This document shows, in pieces, positions 50,152 through 63,064 of a DNA stretch of 64,000 nt (within the stretch, counting starts at the first letter, position 1; each line of letters begins with the position of its first letter). The notes under the pieces are model-generated. The model worked only from the letters and a program-made list of their open reading frames with translations. It was not told the DNA's origin and searched no databases. Source of the DNA: Macrostomum lignano (lineage: Eukaryota); contig NIVC01001638.1 of NCBI GenBank assembly GCA_002269645.1, positions 124,001 through 188,000 on the forward strand. Reading direction: 5' to 3'. The position numbers and the translations under genes were made by a program.

Positions 50152-51960
50152 TTAAAATGATGCCCTTATGATGCCCTTCTTCAGCATATCATCGAGCATC
50201 TGATCCAATTGCGGTCGTAGATGCGGAGGTATCCGGCGAGGAGGAATCGCGATTGGCGTCGAGTCTGTGAGCACTATCTCATGAGTTACCAGGTGTGTCA
50301 GTCCGTGGTCCACTGGAGTAGAAAGAATGCCTTCTCGCATTCCTTGAGTAAATCTTGAACCTGATGCCTCTGGTGGCTGTTCAGCTGGTCTCCGATGTCG
50401 ACCTCGTTGATCCAACTGTCAGTCGTTTCTTCAGCCGTTAGCAGTTGACGGACTTCTGGCTCATTCGACTCGCTGAAGTACTCGAGGTCCTGGGTCTTGA
50501 GTGGTGTAACTCCCATTAGCATGTTGCGACGCAATTGAACCTCTGTATCTGATGGGTTAAGTACTTCCATCACTCCTCGACCTTCTGTCATCGTATGCAG
50601 GACCGGGGCTGCGTCTAACTGGTGATGCTTCGCTCGCAGTCCTGATTTGAGTGGTTCGATAATCATCGGTGAACCGTAGTTCTGCTGATGACCTTCGGCT
50701 AGTTTAATGGCGACGAGGCAGGAACATTGAGGCGGCAGAGTGCATTTTTCAGCGACGTACACTCGGCAGGCCTTCAGTTCTCTCCTTGAATAGCGTACCG
50801 GAAGTCGGGTGCCTTGTCGGAATGTGAGCATTCCTTGCTGGAAGTCTAGTCCTTGGCAATGACTCCGCATGAAATCAATTCCTAAAAGATTTTCACAGTC
50901 TCCTTTGGCGACGAAGAATTCGGTTTATGCGACATAGTCCCAGAATTCAACTAATAGGATAACCTTGGCGGCGAGACTTAACTCGGTCCCGTCGTACATA
51001 GCGACTCGGTTAGGGTAAGCAGGTGCAACTATACAACGTGGTGGACGACGCCTAATGGCGGCCCAAGTGGACGCTCCGAGGAAGTTTCTTCTGCTTCCGC
51101 TGTCTAGCAGAAAAGCGACCTCTCGTCGAGCCACTCGTCCTGTAATAAATGGATCGGCGTCACGCGCATGGACTGTATTTACAAAGGAGGCGTTCACGAA
51201 ACCTCCATCGACCGTTTCTTCGATTACTGACGACTCGGACGAGTCAGCTACCGCGGCTCCGGGGCCATACTCTTCCGGGTAGTGTTCGGGTAGTGTTCGG
51301 CTGTGGCCTGCTGTGCCAACGTGTTGAGTAGATGCTGCTGCTGCTGCATCATTGCAGATTGTTGCTCAACGACTTTTTCCAACTTCGAAAGGGCGCTGTT
51401 GTTGGGCTCCTTTGAGGCTTGTCCCTCCCCGTCCAACATTCTGACCGGGGGCTCGTTCGAAGGATGAGCCAGGTCTTTGGCTAGTCCATCCTCTTCAGTG
51501 TTTGCAAGGCTTCGCTGAGTGTCGTAGGTCGGATCCAGGAAAGTTTCTCGCGGCAGTCTGATTGAAGAGTTGATTCGGGAGGTGATCAGTCACCCGAAAA
51601 CTCCCACTTCCAGACACTTAAGCCTGGGAACAGAATCAGTGATCACTTACTGTGGCGGGCTCTTCTTCTGTGTCGGGCAGGTTCTACGAGCTCCTTCCTT
51701 GTTTCTTCTTTGTTGCGCGCGTTTGTAGAGTTCGCTTCTTCCAATCTTCTTCTCCGGAGGAATCTTCTTGAAGTCTTCGAAGTCCAAAGTCGGCCGAGAG
51801 TGAGAGCAGAACAGTGAAGTCGACGTCGAAATATCTCCTTGAGTGCGGGATTCAGTACGTTTCTCGAGTGTCAAATCAGTATCAACAGTGCGCCCTAATA
51901 AGCTCAAATTCTAACGCGAGGTCCTCCAAAGGGGGCGTCTTCTTCTAGATCTAACGGAAT
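50152..51960 (-). mobile_element. Gypsy/Ty3 LTR retrotransposon fragment (gag remnant, aspartic protease, start of RT)
   Basis: VAFLLDSGSRRNFLG (protease), HEIVLTDSTPIAIPPRRIPPHLRPQLDQMLDDMLKKGIIRAS (RT start); truncated at 50152. Confidence 0.88.
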
Positions 51961-52884
51961 CGGAGTCGTGTGCTCCTATCGGTTAATCTAGTATAATCCA
52001 AATCAACAGTCAGTAATCCTCTAAGGGTATCGGAATCGGTCCGCAGATCCTATCCAATCCCTTAAGAAAATGGGAGGCCTCAAATAGTCTCAGTAAAGTC
52101 AACGGATCAGCAACGGCCGGCCGGCAATAAAATCGCTCTCAGTAGTATAGGAAAAGTAGGTTTGAGCGCAACCCATTTTGAAAAATCACAAAAAACAGAT
52201 AAAAATCGACTAAAAACAGGTGAAAATTGTCTGAAAACAGTGATTTTAGTGATTTTTCAAAACTTTTGAAAAATTGCTTTTTGCGCGATTTCGTGACTAA
52301 AACCACAAGAAAGTTTTGATTCGTGGGTTAAAATAACCTATTTTCAGGTTTAATCATTTCAAAACTAGCATCAAATTTAATAATAGTCATTTCTCCCATT
52401 GCATAACGCCCTTCAATAAGCCAATCTTACTAGCTTTGCTTTTAACGATCAGTCAGCTACCATCTATGCATAAAAATTGTCCACTCGAGGCAATACAATG
52501 CTTCTACAAAAGTCAATAATTTGCTCCACATTCGCTTTGTCCCGAGACTTTAAAATGGCTTTAATGCTGTTTTAGATTTTTACTTAAAGATAATAGAGGA
52601 CATTCAAGAACATGGAGTGCTTATTTAAATTTTTCGTGGCATGCATACTCGACTACTAGAGCACTAACCGCAGCACTCAACATTTCTATTGGCTGCCTAA
52701 ATTTCTGCCAAAACCAAAATTTTTGCCAAAATTTCTGCCAAAAAGTGTTTGGTTCTGGCATCCAATAGGAGTGGCTCGTGCAAATCTTTTGTGTTCACCC
52801 TCTATCTAGCTGTAAAAAAAGACATGAAGTGGGCCACGCAAGTTACAAACGAACGAACAATCGCAACCCTACCTACGGACGATT

Positions 52885-53447
52885 TCACTAACCCTTTTCT
52901 AAATTATGTATCTTAAAAATGGAACAAAAAGTATGAGAAATTCTCCTCAAAGCAATTGTTATATTGTGACTCAGCTTTAACGTCGTGCGAAACCCACACT
53001 GAGTGAAGCGTATGGTCAAATAGGCTCTCGCAGGAACTCTAACAATTGGTCAAGGACAGCTTCCATTACACAAAGTTAAATTTAATTCACGTAAATCAAA
53101 ATTGCTTTAATGAAAATTAATTATAAAAATTTAAAAAAAGATAACAGCGGAGATACTATTTTTTCACTCCTTAAAATCCGTTCTTAGGTTACACTTCGCA
53201 TAACTTATGCAAATAATAATAATGGTTTTGTATTTTAAATATTAAAGTAGTGATTATTAAAACAGAAACAAAAAGTCCTCAAACGCCTATGAAGAACAAA
53301 ATTAAAACATTAGAGCAATTTATTAATATTGACAAATTAGTCCATGGTCACCACAAGTCATCAATCATCTAGTTTTGGTTAGGTGATGAAGCAGCAGTGC
53401 CTCGGGTGTCAGCAGTGCCTCGGTTGTCAGCAGTGCCTCGGTTGTCA
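52885..53447. repeat. Left copy of the long inverted repeat
   Basis: Matches the reverse complement of the last ~563 nt of the window, including three 18-bp units. Confidence 0.95.
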
Positions 53448-53688
53448 ATTTTAGCTTTTTCAGTTTTTAATTTTAGCATCCAATAAAAATGACTCAGGCA
53501 AGTCGCTAGAAAATGTACCACGTCAGATAGAATAGATAGGTATTAATGAATGATAATGTCTCCTTAGCATCCACCCCAAAAACAGATACTGCAGTTTTCA
53601 AATTTGAGGTTGCTGCCAATTATGCTCACATCTGTCTCATTTAACAAATAGCTCACAGCACCCACCCCAAAAACAGATACTGCAGTTT

Positions 53689-54360
53689 TCAAATTTGAGG
53701 TTGCTGCAACAACTCATCCGCTGCCTCTTCATCCAGCTTCTTCATGACTTCCGGCAGATGTTGTATGCACGACCGAATCTGATACAGTGATAGCGTGCAG
53801 CCATGTAGGCGTGGATGTGCCTGTGCCAAACTCGCAAGCTTCATTAGAAAGTTGATCCACGCATTGCTGAAGCGGGTGGATTTTTTTGGTTCCTTGAACT
53901 GATTCTTCGAGAGATGACGCTTCATATTGTTGTAAATTGCTCCTGCTTGGATGCCATACTTGACTCCATAGTTATTAAGACGCTTCAGCTTGTTGAATAT
54001 CTGGATAAATTGATCCTTTACAACATGAATAGTAAATCTACCAGTACAGAATTCTTCATTCGATGGATCCCGAGCATCCACAGGTTCGCACGAGGTGCGG
54101 AAAATCTTATTCAGTTCCTCGATTCGAGCTTCTTTTTCATTAGAGGTTTTAGGTAGGCTATCCGTGATAGTGGATAAAGGAAACCGTACTCTTGCAATAG
54201 CGTTGTAATTGCCAACCCACACCTTCCAGTTGCTCAAGTCGTCGCTCTTGAAAATTGACTCCAGCAGGTGCTCTAAACTCTTGCAGTACTCGTCCGCGTT
54301 GTCAACTTCCATTTGGTTTTCCATTTTTAGTATCCGAGTTGGCGCTAAGAGGATTGTCAA
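53689..54360 (-). CDS. Orphan helical protein (probably the last large exon of a spliced gene)
   Basis: 223-codon open frame with an acceptor-like CTCTTAG near 54345; clear paralogue at 31867-32092. Confidence 0.6.
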   Translation of the reverse strand: MTILLAPTRILKMENQMEVDNADEYCKSLEHLLESIFKSDDLSNWKVWVGNYNAIARVRFPLSTITDSLPKTSNEKEARIEELNKIFRTSCEPVDARDPSNEEFCTGRFTIHVVKDQFIQIFNKLKRLNNYGVKYGIQAGAIYNNMKRHLSKNQFKEPKKSTRFSNAWINFLMKLASLAQAHPRLHGCTLSLYQIRSCIQHLPEVMKKLDEEAADELLQQPQI

Positions 54361-55216
54361 AAGAGAAAATCTATATTATCCGTTCTACGAGTATATTATA
54401 TATGTTATGTAGGTGATGGTTGAATTTACTTACCAGATACTCGTAAATTCTGAGCTTAAAGCAGAATGTCGCTGAGTGGCAATGGATTTTAAAATTTTAG
54501 AAAAAAAGCCAGCTGTCTTGATGCTCTGCCAGATTTTCAATTTTACTTAAACACGATACAATTGAGTTGGGGCAGGGTGGGCGTACAATTCCTGCTGCAG
54601 CAAGATTTTGCAAGCTAGCGGAAACTGCAAATTACTTCTTAAGCTACAGACAACAGTATGTCATTCTGCTTTGACTATCACCTGTGTAGTGTGTGATGCT
54701 CAGCTTCTCAGCAAACTAGCTCGTATACTTCTGAATCACACGGCTAGCTTTTCTTCTACAGCCCCTGCACGTGAGTCAGTTTACGCTTTTTTTAAATTTA
54801 TAAAGATTTGAGCTAGTTGAGTTGCTTCCTTTCTCTGTGAAAAAATGAACAATAGAGTCGGGGTTTAAGAAGTGCTCAATTCCTGCTGCAGCATGCTGAT
54901 ATATAAAACTTATTGACTCAACTGGTAAACTGTTAGGGTTAGGTACATGTAAGTTGCTTTGCTTCATTCTTGATGCAAAAAAGCTAGAAAGAATGTTGAG
55001 TCATTTGTGATTCGAATAAAAAGGGAACATAGTTTCTTTCAGTGTGCATTGTGCAGTGCGATGCCATGCATCTCAAGTACATTTGGCGCTTAAAAAATAA
55101 AAAAAATTGCAAAAAATTGCCATGCTAAATTGCGAAAATTGTGCAATTTTTTTATATTAAATTGCCGAAAATTATACTTAAATTTCATTTTTTCTATATT
55201 GTGAGATTTTGTTCTG

Positions 55217-55385
55217 AATTGCAATTTTCACAAGTAAAACAATTTTCTTGTATTTTCTTCAATTGAAGTTGTAATTAAATTACAATTTATTTGTGCAGCA
55301 AACAGAACAATTGCAATTTTTACAAGTGAAACAATTTTCTTGTATTTTCTTCAATTGAAGTTGTAATCAAATTACAAATTATTTT
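55217..55385. repeat. Tandem duplication (~93-bp period) within an AATTGC-rich tract
   Basis: AATTGCAATTTT...ACAATTTTCTTGTATTTTCTTCAATTGAAGTTGTAAT occurs twice. Confidence 0.8.
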
Positions 55386-56423
55386 TGAAGCATAGCCCCG
55401 GTTTGTAAAAATTGTGTGCCCAATTCTTCACCTGCCTTCATTTTAAGCAATTCAAACTGCATTTTATTAAAAAATGATTGATATTCAATCAGCGCCTTTT
55501 CGTTTGCTATTTATACACAAATAGCATGGCGTCTCACATATCGATCTAGGGAAGGATAAAGAAAATAATAACTAAAACTGTTATAAATCTCATCCAGCAT
55601 GCAATTTTTACTTTATAACGAACAATGTCAATATGAAGATAAATTAAACTAAAAAAGTTAAAATTATTCATGTTTATTTAAATATACGAGTATGTACCAA
55701 AGTTTAGCTTTACCTAAAAAGTTATTGTCAAAATTGACAATAAAAACTTCAGATTAAGACATTTGCTTAAAATGAATGTAGTTGTTTGTTGGCGCAAGAA
55801 AAGATTGAATAAATTTATTTATTACAATTATAAATATAATGATGCCATTTAAAGTACAGTATAATAGCCCGCTAAAAATTCTTTTACGTCTTTGCCGCAA
55901 CTAATTTGGCTGGAGTCAGCCCATAGCAGCCATATCTCGAAAATGTAAAAGAAGTAACCGAATAATAAGCTACTGAAGTCCACTTAAATTGTGCGGAATC
56001 AGCGCAGAAAGCAGACAAAGACGACGCACCAGGAATTTTCCCTAAAGTTTTTTGTGCTGCTTCTTTGGTTTCTGAAAGCAGCGCTGAATCTGGCAAGTCG
56101 AATCAAACAAAAAAGCAGCAGAATTTTTAGCGGGAGTTTTAGCTACCATAACAATTATAATAGTATAATAAGACGTTTATAGGTGGATGTAACGAAATGG
56201 CTATTGTAATACGAGTAGTATTTAACTGGGAGCAGACAAAATCAGACAAAAAGAAACAAAATAATTAGATTTAATAAAAACAATTTAAAAAAATCAAAAA
56301 AAATACAATTTTTATACTTTCTTATAGCCAAAAAGTAGAAAAAATAGCTTAAATAAATTGCGTTTGATTTAAATTTACTATGTTAATGTTTTGATTAGAG
56401 AAATGTTCAATTCACTAAAAACT

Positions 56424-57665
56424 TTACGCGTTAGCTTGGCATGCTTCCCAACATATTTCTGCTATTCCTTGACTGGATCCTGATCGGATGAGCCAGCTTT
56501 TTTTAGCTTTAGTTGCCATATCTCTAAACATCTGGTTGAGAGACGAGCGAACAGCGCTCCAACTGAATGACTCGAACCAGTTGGAAAGAAGGTCCTTTAT
56601 TTCCTGGACGTCTTCAGGACACATGACAACATGATCGGATTTGGACTTAGGCTCGACAATAGCCTGTTTGCAATAGTCTTTGCCATACTTTTTTAAAACG
56701 AAGTCACGTGCAAAAGTTGTAGGTTGAGACGGTAGCTGCGATAGCCTGAAGTTGGAACCATCGTGGCTGATAAAAATTTTATCGACACGCTCCAGTTTCT
56801 CGCGTGGGGCTAGAATGTCTCTTATTAATAAACTGTTTTCTTCCGTCTTGTTGAGAATTTGCTTTAAAATGCTTGTTTGAACACGCGCTTCTAGCAGAAG
56901 AAGTTGTGTTGAAGATGTGGCCTGCTGATTGATCTCGGCTGTGGACTGCCTTTTTGGTGTTTCTTTAGTGGCATTTGGTGTTCTGACACTAGAAGATGAT
57001 GCCTTTCTTGAAGTGTTTTCATTTTCACAGGGAGGCGTTGAGATAGGCCCAGAACTTCTAGATTGCAAATGACGTAACGAGTGCTCCTCGAGGTGAGGTC
57101 TTTTTGAAAAATTAGCAAGCAGATGTTGCTCTTTCTCCATTTCAGCAGCCATAGCTTTGTGCACAGACGGCTCACGACACTCTGTCGCAGCAACCGCTGT
57201 TGCTGCGCTTCTTTCATGAATGCCAGCTGTCAGCTCAGTTCTGTCCTTGGGGGGCGCCGGTACGTAAGTCTCGTCATTAACCTCGTCATCGCTGTCGATT
57301 CTGTCAGCATCGCTGCTCTCACTTTCCACCTCATTGTCATTACCCAATGTCTCAATAATGGCGTCTGTAGCCATTCCTGACTCAGCATACTCTTCAACGC
57401 GTTCTTCAGCTTTTTTTATATCATTGTAGCTGCCTAGCTTAAGGATAATGGCCTCGTGATAACCTTCGCTGTCGCGGATCTTGATAGTTTGTCCCTCTCG
57501 GAGCCTGGACTTCTCAGAAGAAGAGAAATGCCGAAATGGAGCAGAGTTAATATACATTGCACCGCTATGGCGATTGGTTTTGCTAAACCATAGTAGCAAA
57601 TGGTTGAATGTGGCGCTGGAAAATGCATCACCAATTTCCCTAGGAGCTCTTCGCAACCGGTTCAT
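56424..57665 (-). CDS. EnSpm accessory protein with a C-terminal BEN-like domain
   Basis: 413-aa open frame: coiled coil followed by TTFARDFVLKKYG...EDVQEIKDLL...WSAVRSSLNQMFRD, a BEN-like helical pattern next to the transposase. Confidence 0.6.
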   Translation of the reverse strand: MNRLRRAPREIGDAFSSATFNHLLLWFSKTNRHSGAMYINSAPFRHFSSSEKSRLREGQTIKIRDSEGYHEAIILKLGSYNDIKKAEERVEEYAESGMATDAIIETLGNDNEVESESSDADRIDSDDEVNDETYVPAPPKDRTELTAGIHERSAATAVAATECREPSVHKAMAAEMEKEQHLLANFSKRPHLEEHSLRHLQSRSSGPISTPPCENENTSRKASSSSVRTPNATKETPKRQSTAEINQQATSSTQLLLLEARVQTSILKQILNKTEENSLLIRDILAPREKLERVDKIFISHDGSNFRLSQLPSQPTTFARDFVLKKYGKDYCKQAIVEPKSKSDHVVMCPEDVQEIKDLLSNWFESFSWSAVRSSLNQMFRDMATKAKKSWLIRSGSSQGIAEICWEACQANA

Positions 57666-58161
57666 TGCAGCTGAAATGAAATTTTGGTTGAAAAAAATAT
57701 GTATAATTAACCTGTCTTAAACATTTACATTTAATATAAAGTGTAGTAGAATCAAAATAAGTTACATTTCATTATTTCGATTATCATATATATTTGATAT
57801 GCACAAATTTATAAAATATTTATTATTTAAGAAATATATAACCAGTAGCACTACCACAAATTTTTCAAGGGGGTGGTGGACCCAGGAGTGAGGTGGAGGA
57901 TGTGGCTCTGTATTTTGGCAAAAATTTGCTAGCCCCCTCTAGATTTTTTTCTAGTCTCTGCGAAAGGGGGGAGGGCGCTCATTTATGTTTGCACATCCTT
58001 AATAGTGAGTAATTTTAATTTGACATACTTCACTCTATCTAATCTCCTTAAAAAGAAAACATGGAGAAAAAAGTAGAGGCAACTTGTAAACACAAGTTAT
58101 TACCATGTGCATCCACTTTATTAACAATTGCTTTCATGAATGGTTGTACAATATAGCAAAT

Positions 58162-60740
58162 TTAATTTAAAAAATTATGGTAGCATTTAAAGGAGTTTGA
58201 AACAGTTTCAGTTGCAAAGAATGTTAGAAAATGCTTTTGGACATTGTTCAAAAAATTTATAACCAACTGGAGCACCAAAAGTGAAGCCAGATTATTTTTA
58301 AATTCACAAAACTGATATAGAGTTAGTGCAGAATTAGCCTTACTTTGCAGTTTTAAAATAGTCAAGTTTAGGCAACCAAAAACGATGCTAATGTGTTTAA
58401 TTAAATAGTGAAATAAAATGGTTTCACCCATAGTCTGGCACTAAGTCATCAACTAGTAAAAGTGTTGACTGGGGATTCACATAGGCGACACAGGAACATT
58501 TTATTTCCGAAACAGGATACATGCATTCAGTTGTTGATGGCTTACCTATGAAAAAAACTATTTACAAAGAAATCAATGGCATTGGCAACAGATTCATCAA
58601 TATGCTGGAAATTGAAAAATGGCTCATCAATAGGATCATACAGTTGAACAAGAGCATCAACTGAATCATTGTTAAAAAAAATCAAAACTTTACCAAATGA
58701 ATGATTGTGAAAAAAGTAGTAGCATGACTTGTTTGAACTAGGACTAAATGCATACATTTTATGACCATCAATGCTAATACACTTGCTTGAAATAAATGCT
58801 ATTTGCTTGGTACCACCACAACTTCTTGGAAAGTCAAGCAATGATAAAAGTTTTTCTTTACCAGCAAAATTTGATTTTGAAACAACCAAAGAACACATTT
58901 TAGTTAAAATAGTTTTTTCACAAGTCTGCTTCAGATGGTAGCGTGTGCCTCGACAAAACTTTTTAATTGATAGAAAATTGTTTTCAAATGAAAACGTAGA
59001 ACACCTTCCTAATGGTCCAAACTTTTTAATCTGTGGAAAAATATGAAAAAGAAGATGAAAATTCATAGTATAAATGTTACTATCAAAAACATTTCCAATA
59101 GTTGATAGGAAAAAGTGTATTATTTTATCCAACTGATCAGAATAAGAAGAGGCATCAACATGATTTGAAACTCGACAAATAATAGAAAAAAGCAGCAGAG
59201 AATTAGCATGATCATGCTTGTCTCTTTGCTTAAGGTAAAGAGCCAAAACTGGAAAAATTGAATTGCAATAAATTTGTAGTCTCGAGCTTTCCAAAAAGCA
59301 CGCTCCTCAATATTGTGAGGAAAAGTTAAATATGCAGGCACAATTGCACTATGCAGTAGTTTATTAATAGGCTCATGACTTCGACCAAGGTAAAATGACT
59401 TTTGCCAGTTCTGAGTTTCAAATTGATACTTCAAAATTGTTTTGTACAGTTTTCATACAAGAGATGAAGTGAATCAATCAACACATTTTCAGGAATCCTA
59501 CAGAACTCTGAAAGTATTGATACACCTTTAATACCAAAAAGTGATGATTTGCAGCCAGATTGTACAATTGCATGAAGACGTTGCTTATAAATTGAATTGG
59601 TGACAACATTTCCCAAGACTGGAAACTTCATAGAATGACCTTTGCCAACTTTAACTCCATGACCAGAAGCATCACAAAAAAGACATCCAAATTGACCAGT
59701 GTAGCTTTTATGGTTGATTACACTTGCCATTGCAAATCAAAAACTGCTGCGAAAATTTCAAACTTGACAGGAACAATACAGTTGTGAATTAAAAATTTGT
59801 GCATCTGGCTAAAACCAATTTTTGCCAGATATTCATCAAGAAATTCGGACCACTTAGGCTTTTGTCCACCAATGAACACAGCTAACATGATTGTGTTCTC
59901 CACCTTTGACCGTAATGCTGGGGGCAGATTCAAAATTTGTGCTTGCACGGGCCAAATAGATTGCGATGAATATGAATAGAGTTTTGCTCCGTCTGTTGAG
60001 AAATGAAAATAAATCATAAGAGGTTCCATACTTTTAGGAACATCTTTTAGAATATCAGTCTTCATTTCTTTACTTGTTGAGTAATCCAAGATTGTTTGAA
60101 AGTGCTGTTCTAGAATCAGATGTAGTTGAAATTTGAAGTCAAGATAAGCACTTTTACTTGTCATGGTTCCACAGCATTTTTCAGAAGGAAACAATTTAGA
60201 ACAACTAGCATTGGTGCAAACTTCCTTCATGGAGATCCACATCTCTGGTTTCAGAGCTTTGCGTACAATAGACTTAACTCGCCTTAATGTTAAAGGCTGG
60301 GTTAGCAAATTACCAGCAGCTAGGACTTGTAATATAGAATCAATGCTTAATTCTGTCAAGCCAAGATTAGCAATAATGTACATTATTGCCATGCACATTG
60401 TCAGATGGACACTACTCTCAAGTTGCAATACATTAGGCAATTGCAGAAAGCACGGTGCTGCTCCTTGTCTATCCAGACTAGTTGATTCATCACTTATGCC
60501 TAGTTCATGCACATCATGGGCCACTAGATAATGCTCTTCATTTTGACTTGGGCCAATATTAGCACTTGACAAACTTTCTTCATGGCATGGTACATTATGC
60601 TCATCAAGATCATTCAAACAATTGAAAGTGGCCAAAGCATCAAAAAACTCTTCTTCCATTTTAAAGAAAGGTTCGAAATGAAGTGACCAATAATTAGCTG
60701 ACAAAATAAAATAGCATTTATTTAATTTGGTTACAAGCAT
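58162..60740 (-). pseudogene. Second EnSpm/CACTA transposase, multiply frameshifted
   Basis: FSTDGAKLY..SQSIWPVQAQILNLPP, GQFGCLFC, IDSLHLLYEN, WKARDYK, NFHLLFHI..QIKKFGPL...STFSFEN. Confidence 0.9.
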
Positions 60741-60950
60741 GATTATGATTAATAGCTAATAGCATTAAAATACTTGATGAAAAAACAATATATAATAGGA
60801 CTAAGTCTAGATATAAATAAAGAATCAAATAAAAGCCCAATAAAAATTATAAGATGATTTATCAAGGCTTTAACTAGATTAGATAAATTAAACATACTAA
60901 ATAAATTAATAAACTTAGGGAATTTCAATAGTATTAAATAGACATAAACC

Positions 60951-61411
60951 CCATAGTCGGGAAGGTGGCACAGTGTGCGCTGGAACTATTTTGATGGCTT
61001 TTAAGCACTGTGCGCCATGCGCCGTGAAGAAAAGATTTTGTGTGCCGCAGCGCACCATGATAAGGTAAGTCTAAGGTAAGGTAAGGTAAAGTAAATAATT
61101 TATTGGTAAATAAATTTAAATTTACAATAGACAAATTTAAATTTCATTCATGTATTTTATATCGTGATTTATGTAATTTTAGTACTCTTTGATAACATCT
61201 AAAAAAACTCTTTGATAGTATAATAATGAATATAACTATAACGAAGTGTAACTATATATTTTTTCAGTGCCATGTGCCATGTGCGCTACTAGAGTGTTTC
61301 CAATTTTTAGTGCGCTATGCGCCATGTGCGCCGTCAGAGCATTTCCAATTTTTCCTTGTACACCATGTACGCCAGAAAATTCACCAAAAACTGCCACCTT
61401 CCCAGCTATGG
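60951..61411. mobile_element. MITE of the same CCATAG family as 13516-14134
   Basis: TIR CCATAGTCGGGAAGGTGGCA / TGCCACCTTCCCAGCTATGG; flanks CATAAACC / CATAACCT (imperfect TSD); internal GTGCGCCATG repeats. Confidence 0.78.
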
Positions 61412-62614
61412 CATAACCTAGTACTACTAACTCAAATAGTAAAAATATATTAAAATATTCAAATAAATATTTAGGTTTAACTAGGTTTATTAGGTTTAAA
61501 GCACAAATAGCAAAACATTTCTATAATAGTTAAACCACTATAATAGTATGTGAATAAGCCTAACCTAAGAAATAGCCAAATCCTAATCCTCAAAATCTTA
61601 GACTAAGGCTTAGTCCCTAATTCTAATAGTAGGCCCAACACAAACCTAATGCTATTATCAATATTTGATATAGATAGACAGCCTAGGCCAAAAACCCAGG
61701 CTATGAATATAAGAAAAGCTTTGTATTTTTTTAACTTTTTGGGGCTAACACATATACAGTGTAAGTAAGCCTAATATAATTAATTTTATATAATATAAAA
61801 TTTTATATAAGTAAATTCAAGCTCTAATATTAAAACCATAAGCTCAGACCTACTAGACTATATATATCCATGGCCATACATAGCCTTAGACCTACTTTAT
61901 AATGCTGGAATTAAAAGTAGTATAGCCACTAGCCTGTTAAAATAGTCAGATAATGTAAACTCTAGGCCCTAACAATTTTCTTATGTTCAGTTTAGCCTGT
62001 CAGTCTCACTTATAGGCCATAGACACCTAGATAGAAAAAACAGATTTGCAAAATTACCAAACAGATAAAATTCAGCTGCTAAAATGTTATGACTGCATTG
62101 CAATCCACTCAATTGTTTAACATCGAGTAAACATCAAATTTAGTGTGCACCATGTTATAAAAATAAATTCTACACTTAAATTTGATCTGAAAAATTATTA
62201 GCAAAAAATAAAATGAAGCGTATTTGGCAATCAAATACAAATATGTACGGACAAATTAAAAACATTATCTATAACAAACACTTTCTTTTAAAATATTCAG
62301 TATAATTTAGTTAGACTTATTAATCAATAAAAGTGTATTTAACTGTTAATAAATTATATTTTTTAAGATCTTACCGTAAAACAATACAAACTCTTCTTTC
62401 TTTGATTTTTTTGCTAAAGTGTTTTGTAACAGCATAGTATTCTACTAGTAGTAGAAAAAAAAGAAAATGAATACTATATTTTATGTTTACGTTCGAAACA
62501 TACATGACATATTTCTGCAATAGTAATAATCACTTGACAAAATAATTAAGCATGAACAAAAGCCACTTTGCTGCAACATCATCTTGCTATATAGTAGCTA
62601 GGGTGCAATTAAAA

Positions 62615-62820
62615 AAAATGAAAATTAATAATTGAAAAAATTGCAATTGCTCTTTCATTCAAATTGCAATTCAAAAAATTAAAAATTAATAATTGAAAAA
62701 ATTGCAATTGCTCTTTCATTCAAATTGCAATTCAAAAAAATTATTCAATTAAATTGCAATAAGGAAAAGTTTCGCAATTTTATTGCAATTCTTTTATATT
62801 TTTTGTGCAATTCGGGTGCC
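62615..62820. repeat. AATTGC-rich tract with a ~61-bp tandem duplication; possible EnSpm subterminal region ending ...AATTCGGGTG
   Basis: Read directly; resembles the 55080-55400 tract in inverted orientation. Confidence 0.55.
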
Positions 62821-63064
62821 AGGTGTAACTACAATTCTGACTCATGTGGATAGAATTTTTTCTGCATCTGGCATGAGCCTGCAAAGTTGCATTCCATTCA
62901 CCCGGTGTCGCTTTCTCATTGGTTGTCATCAATGAGGCACCAATGAGAATTGAGTTTATGCGCTGCTTTTGTATTTTCACATAATATTAATACAGGAATG
63001 AATTTGGAAAGATGGCTGATAATTTTCTCCAAATTCATTGCAACAATAAAAAGCTTTAATAGAC

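Noticed and set aside
24000-52000. Fanzor/TnpB, Helitron Rep/helicase, tyrosine recombinase, integrase, major capsid or packaging ATPase genes
   Set aside because: Looked for RuvC, HUH, Walker A, RHRY and DDE motifs in the supplied ORFs and several hand-translated frames and found none. Heavily decayed copies could be missed without an HMM search.
52140-52180. Primer-binding site and 5' LTR of the Gypsy fragment
   Set aside because: TGGGTTGCGCTC could not be matched confidently to a tRNA 3' end, and no second LTR copy is present.
57840-58000. Additional hAT MITE starting CAGTAGCAC
   Set aside because: No convincing second TIR or TSD.
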